Shown: piece by piece, positions 43,379 through 53,114 of the stretch | How positions within the stretch are numbered: the stretch's first letter is position 1 | Layout: each line of letters begins with the position of its first letter | From: Dehalococcoidia bacterium | GTDB taxonomy: Bacteria; Chloroflexota; Dehalococcoidia; Plut-88900 | DNA: 64,000 nucleotides | Reading direction: 5' to 3' | NCBI GenBank assembly: GCA_965197585.1 | Contig: OZ240215.1 | Location: 768,001 to 832,000, forward strand | Made by a program: the position numbers and the translations under genes | Notes under the pieces: generated by a model | What the model saw: only the letters and a program-made list of their open reading frames with translations | Databases searched by the model: none | What the model was told of the DNA's origin: nothing

Positions 43379-45976
43379 ATGCGATTCAACCCGATAAAGT
43401 TATTTTCAGACAAGTCCCCTGATGTCCAGCCGGTTCTGTTGGCCATCACACCACCCCGCACCGGTGAGCGCACCCTGCTTGGGGTGGAGAACATGCTCTC
43501 CTCGCTGGCCGTACCGGAACCTTTCTCGCTGGAGCTGGCCGGAGAGGCCCACGGTGTGACCCTCCTGACCCGATGCCTCCGCGACCAGGTGGTGAGGGCT
43601 CAGGTAGCCGCCCACTATCCCCAGGCACGCATCCGGGAGGTGGTCCCCGAAGAAGACCCTCTGAGACTCCGGGATGGCGAGCAGGCCTGGGGCATGACGT
43701 TGCGGTCCTCGGGCCCCGAGTACGTGCCGCTGCGGGTGTTCAGGGACGGCGACCTGCTCGATCCCGGCTCCGACCCCCTCATTGCCCTGCTGGGTGCCCT
43801 CTCGGACCTCAACGAGGGAGAGCGGGTCGTAACCCGGCTACTGCTGCGCTCCCTGGGCCCCGAGTGGTCGCTGCACCACGCGGAGATGGCCCACGCCGCG
43901 CCCTCCGCCCGGGCCGGGCCCGCATCCCGCTCCCAAGAAGCAGGGACGTCTCAAGGGCCGGGCTGGGGGACGGCCGTCCTGGGCGTCGGGGCCCTGGCCG
44001 CCTACCAGGGTTATACCTGGGTGCAGGCCGGAGAGACATGGAAGACGGTTCTCCTGGGGCTGGGGGCTGCCGTCCTCCTGGCAGTCGGAGGCTGGGCATG
44101 GCGCCGCTGGAAGGCGTCCCGGTCCCGGGTCTTCGACCCCCTGCTCATCAGGGAGAAGGTCTCCCGCATCGCCTTCGATGCCGAGATACGCGTCGTTGCA
44201 GTTCTGCCTGAAAGCACCGGGCCGCAGCGTGCCGAGGAGCTGTTGGGGCAGGTCGTAGCCGCCTACCGCCACTACGATAACCCCGCCGGGGCCCGGTTCC
44301 GCGTGGGGAAGGCCGGGCCCACGCATCCGACCTTAGACCTCCAACCGTCGGGGCCGGGGCTGTTCGGAAGGCGAAGCGTCATGGGGGTGCGGGAGGCCGC
44401 GTGCCTCTGGCACCCGCCCGGGGAGGGGGACGAGACCCCTCTCGTGGCCCGCGCCGGGTCGAAGGTGCTGATGCCCGCGGCCCGCAGCGTCAGGGAGGGC
44501 GCCCACGTCGGAGAGACCACGGCGGGGACTCCCCGGAAGATCCATTTCCCCGGAGACCTGCTGCGGCGGCACCACCTCTACGTGGCCCGGACCCGCATGG
44601 GCAAGTCCACCCTCATGCACCACGTGGTTGCCCACAAGATGTGGGAGAAGGCCGCAGGCAGGGATACGGACGCCATAGTCGTCATTGATCCCCACGCCGA
44701 CCTGGTGAGCGGCCTGCTGGATCACGTGCCCGAGACCCTCGTCGACCGGGTGCGGCTCATAGACTTGGCGGACGAACGGGGAGCGCCCGGAATCAACCTG
44801 CTGGACACCCGGGTGTTTACCGACCGGGACCGCACCGCCGACTCGGTGGTACGCGTGGCAAAGGGCCTGTGGGAGCAGTGGGGGCCCAGGATGCAGTCGA
44901 TCCTGGAGCAGACGGTCAAGAGCCTCCACGAGGCCAACGAGCACCGGGAGTCCGGGGAGCAGTACACGATCCTCGACGGGCTGAGGATCCTCTCCGACGA
45001 CAAGTTCCGCAGCGAGGTGCTGGCCAGGGTAGACGACCCGTATCTCCTGGAGTGGTGGGCGAGGGACTTCGGCGGCTGGCGCCGGGAGTACAGGGCCGAG
45101 GCCCTGGCTCCCGTGCAGACCCGTCTCTCCTACTACGCTACCTCCAAGCGTGCGCGGGCCGTGCTTGGCCAGTCCCGGTCCACCATCGACATGCGCCGTA
45201 CGATCCATGACGGAGGCGTCCTGCTGGTCTCCACCGCCCAGGGGAGCGTGGGCAGGGACGTGGCCGCCCTGGTCGGCGCATCCCTCCTCAACCTGGTAGA
45301 CGCCGTCATCCGGGAGCAGGGGCGCCTGCCCCCGGAGAGGAGACGGGGCGCCCTCGTGGTCGTGGACGAGATGCAGTCGATGCCCGGCGTGGACTACGAG
45401 GGGATGCTGTCGGAGCTGGGCAAGTTCGGGGCCTCGTTCATCCTGGCCACCCAGAGCCTCGCCAAGCTGGACGACCTCTCCCGCACCATGCGGGACACCC
45501 TGCTGGCCAACGTGGGCTGCCTGACCGTGTTCCAGGTGGCGGGCAACGACGCAAGGCAACTGGTCTGGGAGTTGGGCCGGGACAGGGTCTCGGAGGAGGA
45601 TATCACCTCCCTGCCGGTGCACCACTGCTACGTCAGGGGCACGGTGGGCAAGGAGCGGATGCCCGCGTTCTCCATGATGGTCAGAAAGCCCGAGCCGGGA
45701 GACCCCGGGACCGGTGTGCGCATACGCTCCGAATCCGAGAGTTACGCCACCGCAGCCCGCGACATCGCTGAGAGGAACTCGGACCAGCAGGATTTGGTTG
45801 AGAAGTACCGGGGGGACCTGGGGGAGTTGAGGAACGGCGAGAACCTCCCAACGGCAGATGACGATCATGGGACTGGCCCGTCGAAGGGTGATGCCCGGCG
45901 CAAAGTGCGCACCAAGAGGGACAGGACGGACGGGGCCGTCGCACCTGAGGTGGCTGAAGAGGACGGCGGCCAATGA
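43379..45976 (+). CDS. virD4: VirD4/TraD-like type IV coupling protein
   Basis: Start MRFNPIK after AAGGAAG; two TM segments; ARTRMGKS, IDPHADL, VVDEMQ, LATQSL. Confidence 0.88.
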   Translation: MRFNPIKLFSDKSPDVQPVLLAITPPRTGERTLLGVENMLSSLAVPEPFSLELAGEAHGVTLLTRCLRDQVVRAQVAAHYPQARIREVVPEEDPLRLRDGEQAWGMTLRSSGPEYVPLRVFRDGDLLDPGSDPLIALLGALSDLNEGERVVTRLLLRSLGPEWSLHHAEMAHAAPSARAGPASRSQEAGTSQGPGWGTAVLGVGALAAYQGYTWVQAGETWKTVLLGLGAAVLLAVGGWAWRRWKASRSRVFDPLLIREKVSRIAFDAEIRVVAVLPESTGPQRAEELLGQVVAAYRHYDNPAGARFRVGKAGPTHPTLDLQPSGPGLFGRRSVMGVREAACLWHPPGEGDETPLVARAGSKVLMPAARSVREGAHVGETTAGTPRKIHFPGDLLRRHHLYVARTRMGKSTLMHHVVAHKMWEKAAGRDTDAIVVIDPHADLVSGLLDHVPETLVDRVRLIDLADERGAPGINLLDTRVFTDRDRTADSVVRVAKGLWEQWGPRMQSILEQTVKSLHEANEHRESGEQYTILDGLRILSDDKFRSEVLARVDDPYLLEWWARDFGGWRREYRAEALAPVQTRLSYYATSKRARAVLGQSRSTIDMRRTIHDGGVLLVSTAQGSVGRDVAALVGASLLNLVDAVIREQGRLPPERRRGALVVVDEMQSMPGVDYEGMLSELGKFGASFILATQSLAKLDDLSRTMRDTLLANVGCLTVFQVAGNDARQLVWELGRDRVSEEDITSLPVHHCYVRGTVGKERMPAFSMMVRKPEPGDPGTGVRIRSESESYATAARDIAERNSDQQDLVEKYRGDLGELRNGENLPTADDDHGTGPSKGDARRKVRTKRDRTDGAVAPEVAEEDGGQ

Positions 45977-47601
45977 GTTCCCTGGATGGTGAGCTGTTGG
46001 GGCTCCTGGCCCGGATGCCCTTTCTCGACCGGTTGGAGGCGGCCATATTCTCCGGCTGGTCCAGGGGCGCAGTCTACGGCGCCATGTCCCGGATGGAGGA
46101 CGCCGGGCTGATCTCCGCAGTCCCCCACGCCACCAGCATCACCGCCGCAACCCGCAGGTTCCACCTCACCTCCGCCGGGCTGGCCTGTCTGGCGCAACGG
46201 GAGGGAACTACAGTGGACGAATTGCTGCGGACCCGTCCCGTCCCAGCCTGGTGGCGGCGCCTCCTCCTGGAGCGCCTTGACGCCGCGGCCGTCATCTACC
46301 GGCTGGCCTCCGCCGTCGCCCAGATCGCCCACCCCGTGGGATTTAGGTGGTATCGGGCCATGCCGATGGACGCTGGACTCACTCTCCCCAGCGGCTGCAC
46401 TGTAGCCGTGGTAAGGCAGGGACATACCTCCGACAGGACGGGCTTCTCCAAACGCCTCTGGAGGCTCCGTGAGGGGCCCCGGCCTGACGGCATCCTCCTG
46501 CTGGCCCCCGACGAGACCCGGCTGCGCCACTCCCGCAGGCTGCTGGCGGGAACCCCCGCGGTCCTTGCCCTTGAGTCCGATGCAGCCGCCGCCGGAGTGG
46601 ATGACCCGGTGTGGAGGCTGCCCTCGGTAAACGCCTCAGTCGACCTCCGCACCGCCCTTGACCGCATGGGCTACGGCGGAGATCTTCCGGTTGAGCGGGC
46701 CCTTACGCGGCTGTCTCCGCCCCAGGACCTCGTTACGGAGGCCCGGGGTGGAGACGTTCCCGACTTCATGCTCCCGGCCCTGCTCAAGCCCACCGAGAAA
46801 TGCGCCCTCGATCTCCTATCCGACTGGCCCTGGATCGCCCTGGACGACCTGGCCGGGTTACTGGGCCTGTCCCGCACCCGCACCTACCGCCTCACCTCCA
46901 CCCTGGAGACCTTCGGACTGGTGACCCGGGTCCCGGCGGGAGGGCGCCGCCTGACCCTCACGGACCGGGGGCTGGCCGTCCTGGCCCGCAGGGACCGCAC
47001 GTCCGTGGGCTGGGCAAGGAAGCGGTGGAGTTCCGCCCCCAGGGATGCCGACGACTGGCGCAGCGTATCGGGGAGGCGGAGCCGCCAGCTCCTGCGCAAC
47101 ATGGAGCACACTGGGGCCGTTCACGGGTTCATGGCGGCGCTGGCCCGCCAGGCACGCGCCCTCGGCTGGGAAACCCTCCAGTTGGACCCGCCCCGCAGGG
47201 CATCCCGCTACTTCCAGCACTTTGGCGGGATGCGCTCCATCCAACCCGACGCCTTCGGCATACTGCGACGGAAGGGAGGGATACGGCCCTTCTTCCTGGA
47301 GTGGGAGCGCAGGGCGGTGCGTCCGAGTACCATGGCAGATCGCCTGGCCCCCTACCTCCGCTACTACTCTTCACACCGGCCCGTAGACGACCACGGCGCA
47401 AGGCCCGTCGTGCTGGTGGTACTCCACGAAGACCTGGCAGCCATCCACTTCCTGCGGGTGGCGTCCGGGGAGATGGAACGCACAAGGACCATCCTTCCCC
47501 TGCTGGTATCCCACGGGAGCCTGCTCAAGCGGGAGGAGCCACTGGGCCGGGCATGGCTCACCCCAGGCGGCGAGACGACGAGAATGATACCAGCGGGCTG
47601 A
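45973..47601 (+). CDS. Replication-relaxation (Replic_Relax) family relaxase with an apparent internal duplication
   Basis: wHTH followed by EHTGAVHGF...IQPDAFG...FFLEWER...YLRYY; ATGA-coupled to the coupling protein. Confidence 0.75.
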   Translation: MSSLDGELLGLLARMPFLDRLEAAIFSGWSRGAVYGAMSRMEDAGLISAVPHATSITAATRRFHLTSAGLACLAQREGTTVDELLRTRPVPAWWRRLLLERLDAAAVIYRLASAVAQIAHPVGFRWYRAMPMDAGLTLPSGCTVAVVRQGHTSDRTGFSKRLWRLREGPRPDGILLLAPDETRLRHSRRLLAGTPAVLALESDAAAAGVDDPVWRLPSVNASVDLRTALDRMGYGGDLPVERALTRLSPPQDLVTEARGGDVPDFMLPALLKPTEKCALDLLSDWPWIALDDLAGLLGLSRTRTYRLTSTLETFGLVTRVPAGGRRLTLTDRGLAVLARRDRTSVGWARKRWSSAPRDADDWRSVSGRRSRQLLRNMEHTGAVHGFMAALARQARALGWETLQLDPPRRASRYFQHFGGMRSIQPDAFGILRRKGGIRPFFLEWERRAVRPSTMADRLAPYLRYYSSHRPVDDHGARPVVLVVLHEDLAAIHFLRVASGEMERTRTILPLLVSHGSLLKREEPLGRAWLTPGGETTRMIPAG

Positions 47602-47632
47602 GCTCCCGCACCAATCAAGGAGAACGAAAGAC

Positions 47633-48388
47633 ATGAGGCTGTACTACATCGCTGATTCCGAAGGGTCTGACCACTACGTACGATCAGCCTTGGGCGTTGA
47701 TGCCGAGCGTTGGAACGACCTATACCGACGGGTGTTTGACTGGCGTATGTGCCTGCAGGAACGATGCACCGTCCCGGTCGACCGGGAACTCAACGCCGGA
47801 GACCTGCTGACGGGCAGGGGGATGCTGGCACGCTGCTGCGGGGCAAACCGTAACCTGACACCGGAACATGGGGCTCAAATCTTCCTGGACGGACTGCGAG
47901 TCATCGAGACCGCCGCCGGTACCGTGGGAGGGGTTGAGGTTATCAATGTTTGTCTCTGGAAGCAGGATGTTCAGCGGTATGAACAGGTCAGCCTCGACCG
48001 GCTCCTGAACCGCATCAATGCGTCGGTTGCAGCAACGGGACGCCTTGCCCTCCTCATCTTTGACGAGGACGTGGCGGAAGCGCAAGCACAACTCTACCAC
48101 AGGCTCAGGAGCCGCAAACCCGTGCCAAGCAGGTACGAGGCCTGGGAGGACGGCGAGAGGACGAAGGACATCCCCATAGACAGGATCATCGGCGGCCCAG
48201 CCTTCCGAAGCTCCCACTCCGACCACCTGCTACAGATGGCTGACCTCATCGGCCACGCCCTCCTTAAGCCGGAGGAGCCGTCGCCCAGGGTGGTGCGTCT
48301 GGGCATCGACCGGGCCTTCGGGATCCTCGGCCGCGCCCTCAACCGCAGGGCGTCCAGGCGATACCTCCAGGGCGTCGTCAGGAGATGA
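47633..48388 (+). CDS. DUF3800-like (RNase H fold) protein
   Basis: LLIFDE and S.SDHLLQMADLIGHAL; AAGGAG RBS. Confidence 0.65.
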   Translation: MRLYYIADSEGSDHYVRSALGVDAERWNDLYRRVFDWRMCLQERCTVPVDRELNAGDLLTGRGMLARCCGANRNLTPEHGAQIFLDGLRVIETAAGTVGGVEVINVCLWKQDVQRYEQVSLDRLLNRINASVAATGRLALLIFDEDVAEAQAQLYHRLRSRKPVPSRYEAWEDGERTKDIPIDRIIGGPAFRSSHSDHLLQMADLIGHALLKPEEPSPRVVRLGIDRAFGILGRALNRRASRRYLQGVVRR

Positions 48389-48488
48389 GTGGACAGGGCA
48401 TTTGGCCCTGCGTACAGGCTCCGTAGTCGTGACGGTCGATGCTCGACAAAGGTAGAATGATGGCCAGTACCATGAGTAGAGAGAACTT

Positions 48489-51400
48489 GTGGTAGAAACC
48501 TCGGGGCATCTAAGTGACAATTTGCTCCGTTGGGTTTCGGAAGCAAAGAGAGATGTCAACCAAATAGAAGAGTGGAAATCAAAAGTGATTAGTAAAGATG
48601 AGATTAAAGACCGGGTACTGACTGAGAATACCGCACAGGGAATTCTCAACCACCTGAGAGAACTCGAATCTAATCGGGCACGTATGCAAAGGCGATGGAT
48701 ATGGGAGCTCTTGCAGAACGCCCGTGATGCTGCCGCCGACGATGATACTCACCTCGTCGCCTCCGTTGAGCTTGGCCGTGGTGAGCTTGTTTTTCAGCAC
48801 AACGGTCGCGGATTTACTATGGAGGAAGTAGCTCACCTCATCTATCACGGCTCCACCAAATTAGAGGATGAGAAGGCCATCGGGCAATACGGTAGCGGCT
48901 TTCTGACAACTCACCTGCTATCACCCGAGATCGATGTCTCCGGGCAACTCAGCGATGAGAGACATTTCAACTTTCGCTTGAGGCGTGAAATCGTATCCAC
49001 CAAGGCACTCAGTGACTCTATGGATAGAGCATGGGATGAGTTTGATGCATCTACCGAAGCCTTAGCAGATAGTTTCACGACCCGGTTCCGCTACCCCGTG
49101 GCTGAAGAATCGGTCGGCGCTGTAGAAGAAGGAATCGAAACACTGAAGCAATGCGCCCCGTTCGTGGTCGTTTTCAATCGTCAATTTCGGCGCATCAACA
49201 TCAAGTCCCTGGAAGAGACTACGACTTTCGAAGTGGTCGAACGCGTCCCCTTAGAAGCGGGATTGCAGACAGTCACAGTCGGAGTAAGCGAACATGGGTC
49301 TTTGAGAGAACGAAAATACCTTCTGGCGGAAGGCGAGCTAGCATCTGTGACCATTCCAATGGCGCCGATTGATAATGGGGCAATCTGCTTACCTCTTGAA
49401 GGTATACCGAGACTCTTCCTAGGATTTCCCCTGGTGGGGACTGAAACTTTCAGCTTTCCAGCCGTCACAAACAGCTTTGCATTCACTCCAACCGAAAACA
49501 GAGATGGCGTCTTTCTCGGACAGAGCGATGACGAGGCAAACCACACGAATCAAGCCGTCATGGAAGAAGCCTGCGACTTGCACGTCAAGTTGGTTGAATT
49601 CGTGGCCAAATCTCGTTGGGCAAACACCCATACGCTGGCGGCCATCCCTCCAATCAGTGAGCAGACTTGGCTAAGTAGAGACTGGATTCATGACCGACTC
49701 GGACACCTCGTGACTCAAATTCGCCAAACCCTCGCCGTTATCAGTGCAGATGCCGCCTTCTCTCCCAAAGACTCTATTGTACCGCTCGCGGGTGAAGTCA
49801 TGGCCACGGAAGCTCTTTGGGACCTGCTATGCGAGATCAAGACTTTCCGACCAAAGTTACCAGCAAGGAATGAGGCCGATGGATGGCGCGCGGCGGTCGA
49901 GAGCTGGGCGGCCATTACAGGTCGCGACACGACATCATTCGGGGAGGGATATGACGGCAGCAAATTGGTGTCCTTTCTTGAAGAGGCGACCAAAGGTGAT
50001 GACACCGACTCTGGCACGTTTGAAGGACTCGAGAATGTACTTCAACACGAGGTTGATGCAGTCGAATGGCTTGACCGGCTTTATCGATTCCTTAAGGACG
50101 AGGGCTTTGATAACTTGATTCGCGAGAGTCACGTTGTTCTTGACCAGGCTGGCTATCTCGATAAGCTCTCCAACCTGTATCGTGACAACGACATAGGCGA
50201 GGAGTTGAAGGCTATCGGGGATGATGTCCTCGATATGGGGATTCGAGGTCGCCTTCGTGACACTCGCCTTACTTCTCTTGCCGATGAAATAGGCAAAGGA
50301 GAACTTGGCAATAAGGATGTGATCCAAGAGATAACCGACAACCTTGAAGAGCTTTGCAGTGAAGGAACTCTCGGGGACAAATTCACTCAGGCTAGCCCGC
50401 GTCTCCTAGCCTGGCTCGTTACTAACAAGCAATGGAATTATCTGACGGGTTTTCCCGCATTCTCAACTAGGCCCGAAGACGGAAGCTGTGAGGTGCTATG
50501 GCTAGGTCAAAAGGGAGGCGAAGACGTTGAGGTGCCCCTAGCCCCAATTAAAGCATGGACGGAGGACCTTCAGCAGTACGCAGACCTCTTCCCGTGGCGA
50601 TACATCATGGCGGAAGAGTTTTTTGCTCTACTGCCTGAGGCCGATGTCTGGCCCATGCTGAGCGGGCAAGGGTATGTGAGAACGGATGTGGTGGTCAGCG
50701 GCAACAAATCCCGTGGAGACTTCCTTCCAGATGAACCATTAGCAGACGGCGAACACAAGACCGTTGACGCCGTTGCTCTGACTGACCTGATCCTCTTTAC
50801 TAGGGACAGAGTAGGGGTCATGGCACGCGTTCGCGACAGTCAAGCCCGCGCTCGACTCTTCTGGCGATTCTTAACAGAATGGTTGATCAAACGCGATCCG
50901 AAAGGCTTGGAGCTTAAGACAGCAGACTGTGAATGTGGAGCCAGTCACAGGTACTATTCGGCGATGTGGCTGGTGCCAGTCGTCAGGAACAGTTGGGTTC
51001 CCCAAGGAAATGATATACGCGACCGCGCTACGGCGCAGTCCCTTGCCAAGCTTCTTAGAGGCAGTGGGTGGACCCCCAATGCTCTAGGTGATACCTCTGC
51101 TGCTCTCAAACTTTTGGAAGCAATTCGAGTGACCCGCTTTGACTTAATGAGGCATTTCGTCGTCAGCGACGATGCATCCCGATCTGCCTTGGACGACACA
51201 ATGACCAATATTCTGGTTTCGACTGGTGGAGATCTCAGCCATGTCCGCGACTTTGTGGAAGATATGAAGACGGACAAGGACCTGCCTCAGCATCTCGCAG
51301 ACCGCCGGGAACGGAGGCGGGTCGTGCATGAGAATCAACGATTGGGAGGTCTCGTGGAAGACTTGGTGAAGGAGGGGTTGGAAGACGAGGGGTTCACTGT

Positions 51401-51860
51401 CAAGCGTACTGGCATTGGCTCCGACTTCGAGATTGAGTATGACATGCTCGAAGAAGATGAAGAGATAGGTATCGAGTTATCACGGAATGGCCGAACCTGG
51501 CTGGTTGAAGTCAAAGCCACCCGAGAACACAGAGTTCGGATGACAGCGAGGCAGGCTGAAACTGCCGTGAAGAGAGGGGATGGATTCCTGCTCTGTGTGG
51601 TTCCTGTGGGGCATAGCGGATCCAAGCTGCAGAAAGACGACGTACGCACCAAAATGCGGTTCGTGCAAAACATCGGCCCCCGCGTAGAGCCGCTATGCGC
51701 AGAGCTGGATGCACTCAACGATCTGCGCGACGACGCCACAACCCCCAGTGACAGTGACATTCAACTGGAAATCGAGGCTGGCACGGCGCGCATACGTGTA
51801 GATAACGCCGCTTGGCAGAACGGAATCTGTCTGACAGACCTCCCAACTCAGCTCAAGTGA
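48489..51860 (+). CDS. Hsp90/sacsin-like GHKL ATPase fused to a C-terminal DUF3883/NOV_C nuclease (Tiamat-like architecture); start uncertain
   Basis: WELLQNARDA, FQHNGRGF, GQYGSGFLTTH; C-terminal GIGSDFEI...LVEVKAT...MTARQ. Confidence 0.8.
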   Translation: MVETSGHLSDNLLRWVSEAKRDVNQIEEWKSKVISKDEIKDRVLTENTAQGILNHLRELESNRARMQRRWIWELLQNARDAAADDDTHLVASVELGRGELVFQHNGRGFTMEEVAHLIYHGSTKLEDEKAIGQYGSGFLTTHLLSPEIDVSGQLSDERHFNFRLRREIVSTKALSDSMDRAWDEFDASTEALADSFTTRFRYPVAEESVGAVEEGIETLKQCAPFVVVFNRQFRRINIKSLEETTTFEVVERVPLEAGLQTVTVGVSEHGSLRERKYLLAEGELASVTIPMAPIDNGAICLPLEGIPRLFLGFPLVGTETFSFPAVTNSFAFTPTENRDGVFLGQSDDEANHTNQAVMEEACDLHVKLVEFVAKSRWANTHTLAAIPPISEQTWLSRDWIHDRLGHLVTQIRQTLAVISADAAFSPKDSIVPLAGEVMATEALWDLLCEIKTFRPKLPARNEADGWRAAVESWAAITGRDTTSFGEGYDGSKLVSFLEEATKGDDTDSGTFEGLENVLQHEVDAVEWLDRLYRFLKDEGFDNLIRESHVVLDQAGYLDKLSNLYRDNDIGEELKAIGDDVLDMGIRGRLRDTRLTSLADEIGKGELGNKDVIQEITDNLEELCSEGTLGDKFTQASPRLLAWLVTNKQWNYLTGFPAFSTRPEDGSCEVLWLGQKGGEDVEVPLAPIKAWTEDLQQYADLFPWRYIMAEEFFALLPEADVWPMLSGQGYVRTDVVVSGNKSRGDFLPDEPLADGEHKTVDAVALTDLILFTRDRVGVMARVRDSQARARLFWRFLTEWLIKRDPKGLELKTADCECGASHRYYSAMWLVPVVRNSWVPQGNDIRDRATAQSLAKLLRGSGWTPNALGDTSAALKLLEAIRVTRFDLMRHFVVSDDASRSALDDTMTNILVSTGGDLSHVRDFVEDMKTDKDLPQHLADRRERRRVVHENQRLGGLVEDLVKEGLEDEGFTVKRTGIGSDFEIEYDMLEEDEEIGIELSRNGRTWLVEVKATREHRVRMTARQAETAVKRGDGFLLCVVPVGHSGSKLQKDDVRTKMRFVQNIGPRVEPLCAELDALNDLRDDATTPSDSDIQLEIEAGTARIRVDNAAWQNGICLTDLPTQLK

Positions 51861-51917
51861 CCCAACTCAGCAACGATATTGGGTGTTGGCAAACGCCCGA
51901 GACAAAGGATGATGGCG

Positions 51918-53114
51918 TCAGGCGGCGATGCGAGTTAACCACGATGCCGCCCGGGCCAGCTCATCGTGGGGCATGAACCCCTCGCGATGCCACCATCCGA
52001 AAGCTCGACTACCTGGCATTAGCAGATCAATCTCCATTGCCTTTCTTCCTCCGCGTCCATGGTTGTTTGAAATTCCTGCGTGAGGAGCGGTCGTTCGCCG
52101 TACGAGGAGTTGCCTATTAGGCCACACTTCTTTCATTGCGGCGACACACATCTCTGCTGTACTTCGCCGCTGGTCACTCCTAATAAGAATCGCAGCACCT
52201 TTCTTCAGATGCTTCTTGGATTCCTGAAAAACCTGAGTGACTAAATCCTGGTAATCCTTCTGGTTTTCGAAGCGTGCTGACTTCGTCCAATTCTTACGCA
52301 ATGGGTATCCAAGCATCCACAGCCTGATCCAATGGTCATTCCAATAGTCAGTCACACCACAATATGGTGGTGACGTAACCAATAGGGCGGCATCAGCGTT
52401 GTGCTGCTGTGGAAGTTCCTGCCGTGAATCACCCAAAAGCACCGTCCCAGAAGCCTGAGCCGGGACTCCATGCTGATAGCGGCGCCTGATTTTGTCTTCC
52501 AGCATTGCTACCGGGTTAACGTCTGGCGGTCGAAGGAATCCTTTCTCTGTCCACCATTTCACGGCATACGTGGGCGAATAAGCAATGGTAGGGGACATGA
52601 CATTCGATAAACCGGCCCCTTGTTTGTCCTGCATGTGCAAGGTTATGAATGCCATGAGAGTGCGATCTACGATCGAGTCCCGCCAGTCGAGTTCACGACG
52701 CGCTGCTTTCAATAGCGCTCGCACTGCAGGGGCCCAAGCCATAGTCTCGAACCGGCTGCGGCTTCGCCTGTCACTGGGACGGCACGCCTTGGCAACTTCG
52801 TCAAGTCGAGCTGTAACGTGCGTGTCTTTAGGAGCGGGATGGAGTTTGGCCGCAGCGAATAACCACGCAATGGGGTTGATATCGATTCCCAGTGCATTTC
52901 TGCCCAGCACCGTGGCGGAGAAGGGTGCATTACCTCGCCCACAGAAGGGGTCGAGAACTGTTTCCTCCGGCTTGGTCAGGTTGATCACTACGTCGTGGAT
53001 GAAGGACTGCGGGAACATGGCATAGTAGCGTCCGAATCCGTACCATCGTCCGGCGGCTGTGCTACGGCTCCAAACACTTTTGTCCGACAATTCCGTCTGT
53101 GCTTGTTTGATCAT
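51918..53114 (-). CDS. Amino-DNA methyltransferase, probably N4-cytosine
   Basis: YYAMFP, VLDPFCGRG, GIDINP, LVTSPPY; ATG at 53114 overlaps the NurA stop (ATGA). Confidence 0.85.
   Translation of the reverse strand: MIKQAQTELSDKSVWSRSTAAGRWYGFGRYYAMFPQSFIHDVVINLTKPEETVLDPFCGRGNAPFSATVLGRNALGIDINPIAWLFAAAKLHPAPKDTHVTARLDEVAKACRPSDRRSRSRFETMAWAPAVRALLKAARRELDWRDSIVDRTLMAFITLHMQDKQGAGLSNVMSPTIAYSPTYAVKWWTEKGFLRPPDVNPVAMLEDKIRRRYQHGVPAQASGTVLLGDSRQELPQQHNADAALLVTSPPYCGVTDYWNDHWIRLWMLGYPLRKNWTKSARFENQKDYQDLVTQVFQESKKHLKKGAAILIRSDQRRSTAEMCVAAMKEVWPNRQLLVRRTTAPHAGISNNHGRGGRKAMEIDLLMPGSRAFGWWHREGFMPHDELARAASWLTRIAA

Noticed and set aside
7416-45973. Long antisense ORFs (for example 7416-8774, 27048-28172, 37033-38157, 42160-43359, 44333-45973)
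   Set aside because: Shadows of high-GC3 genes on the opposite strand, with no motifs
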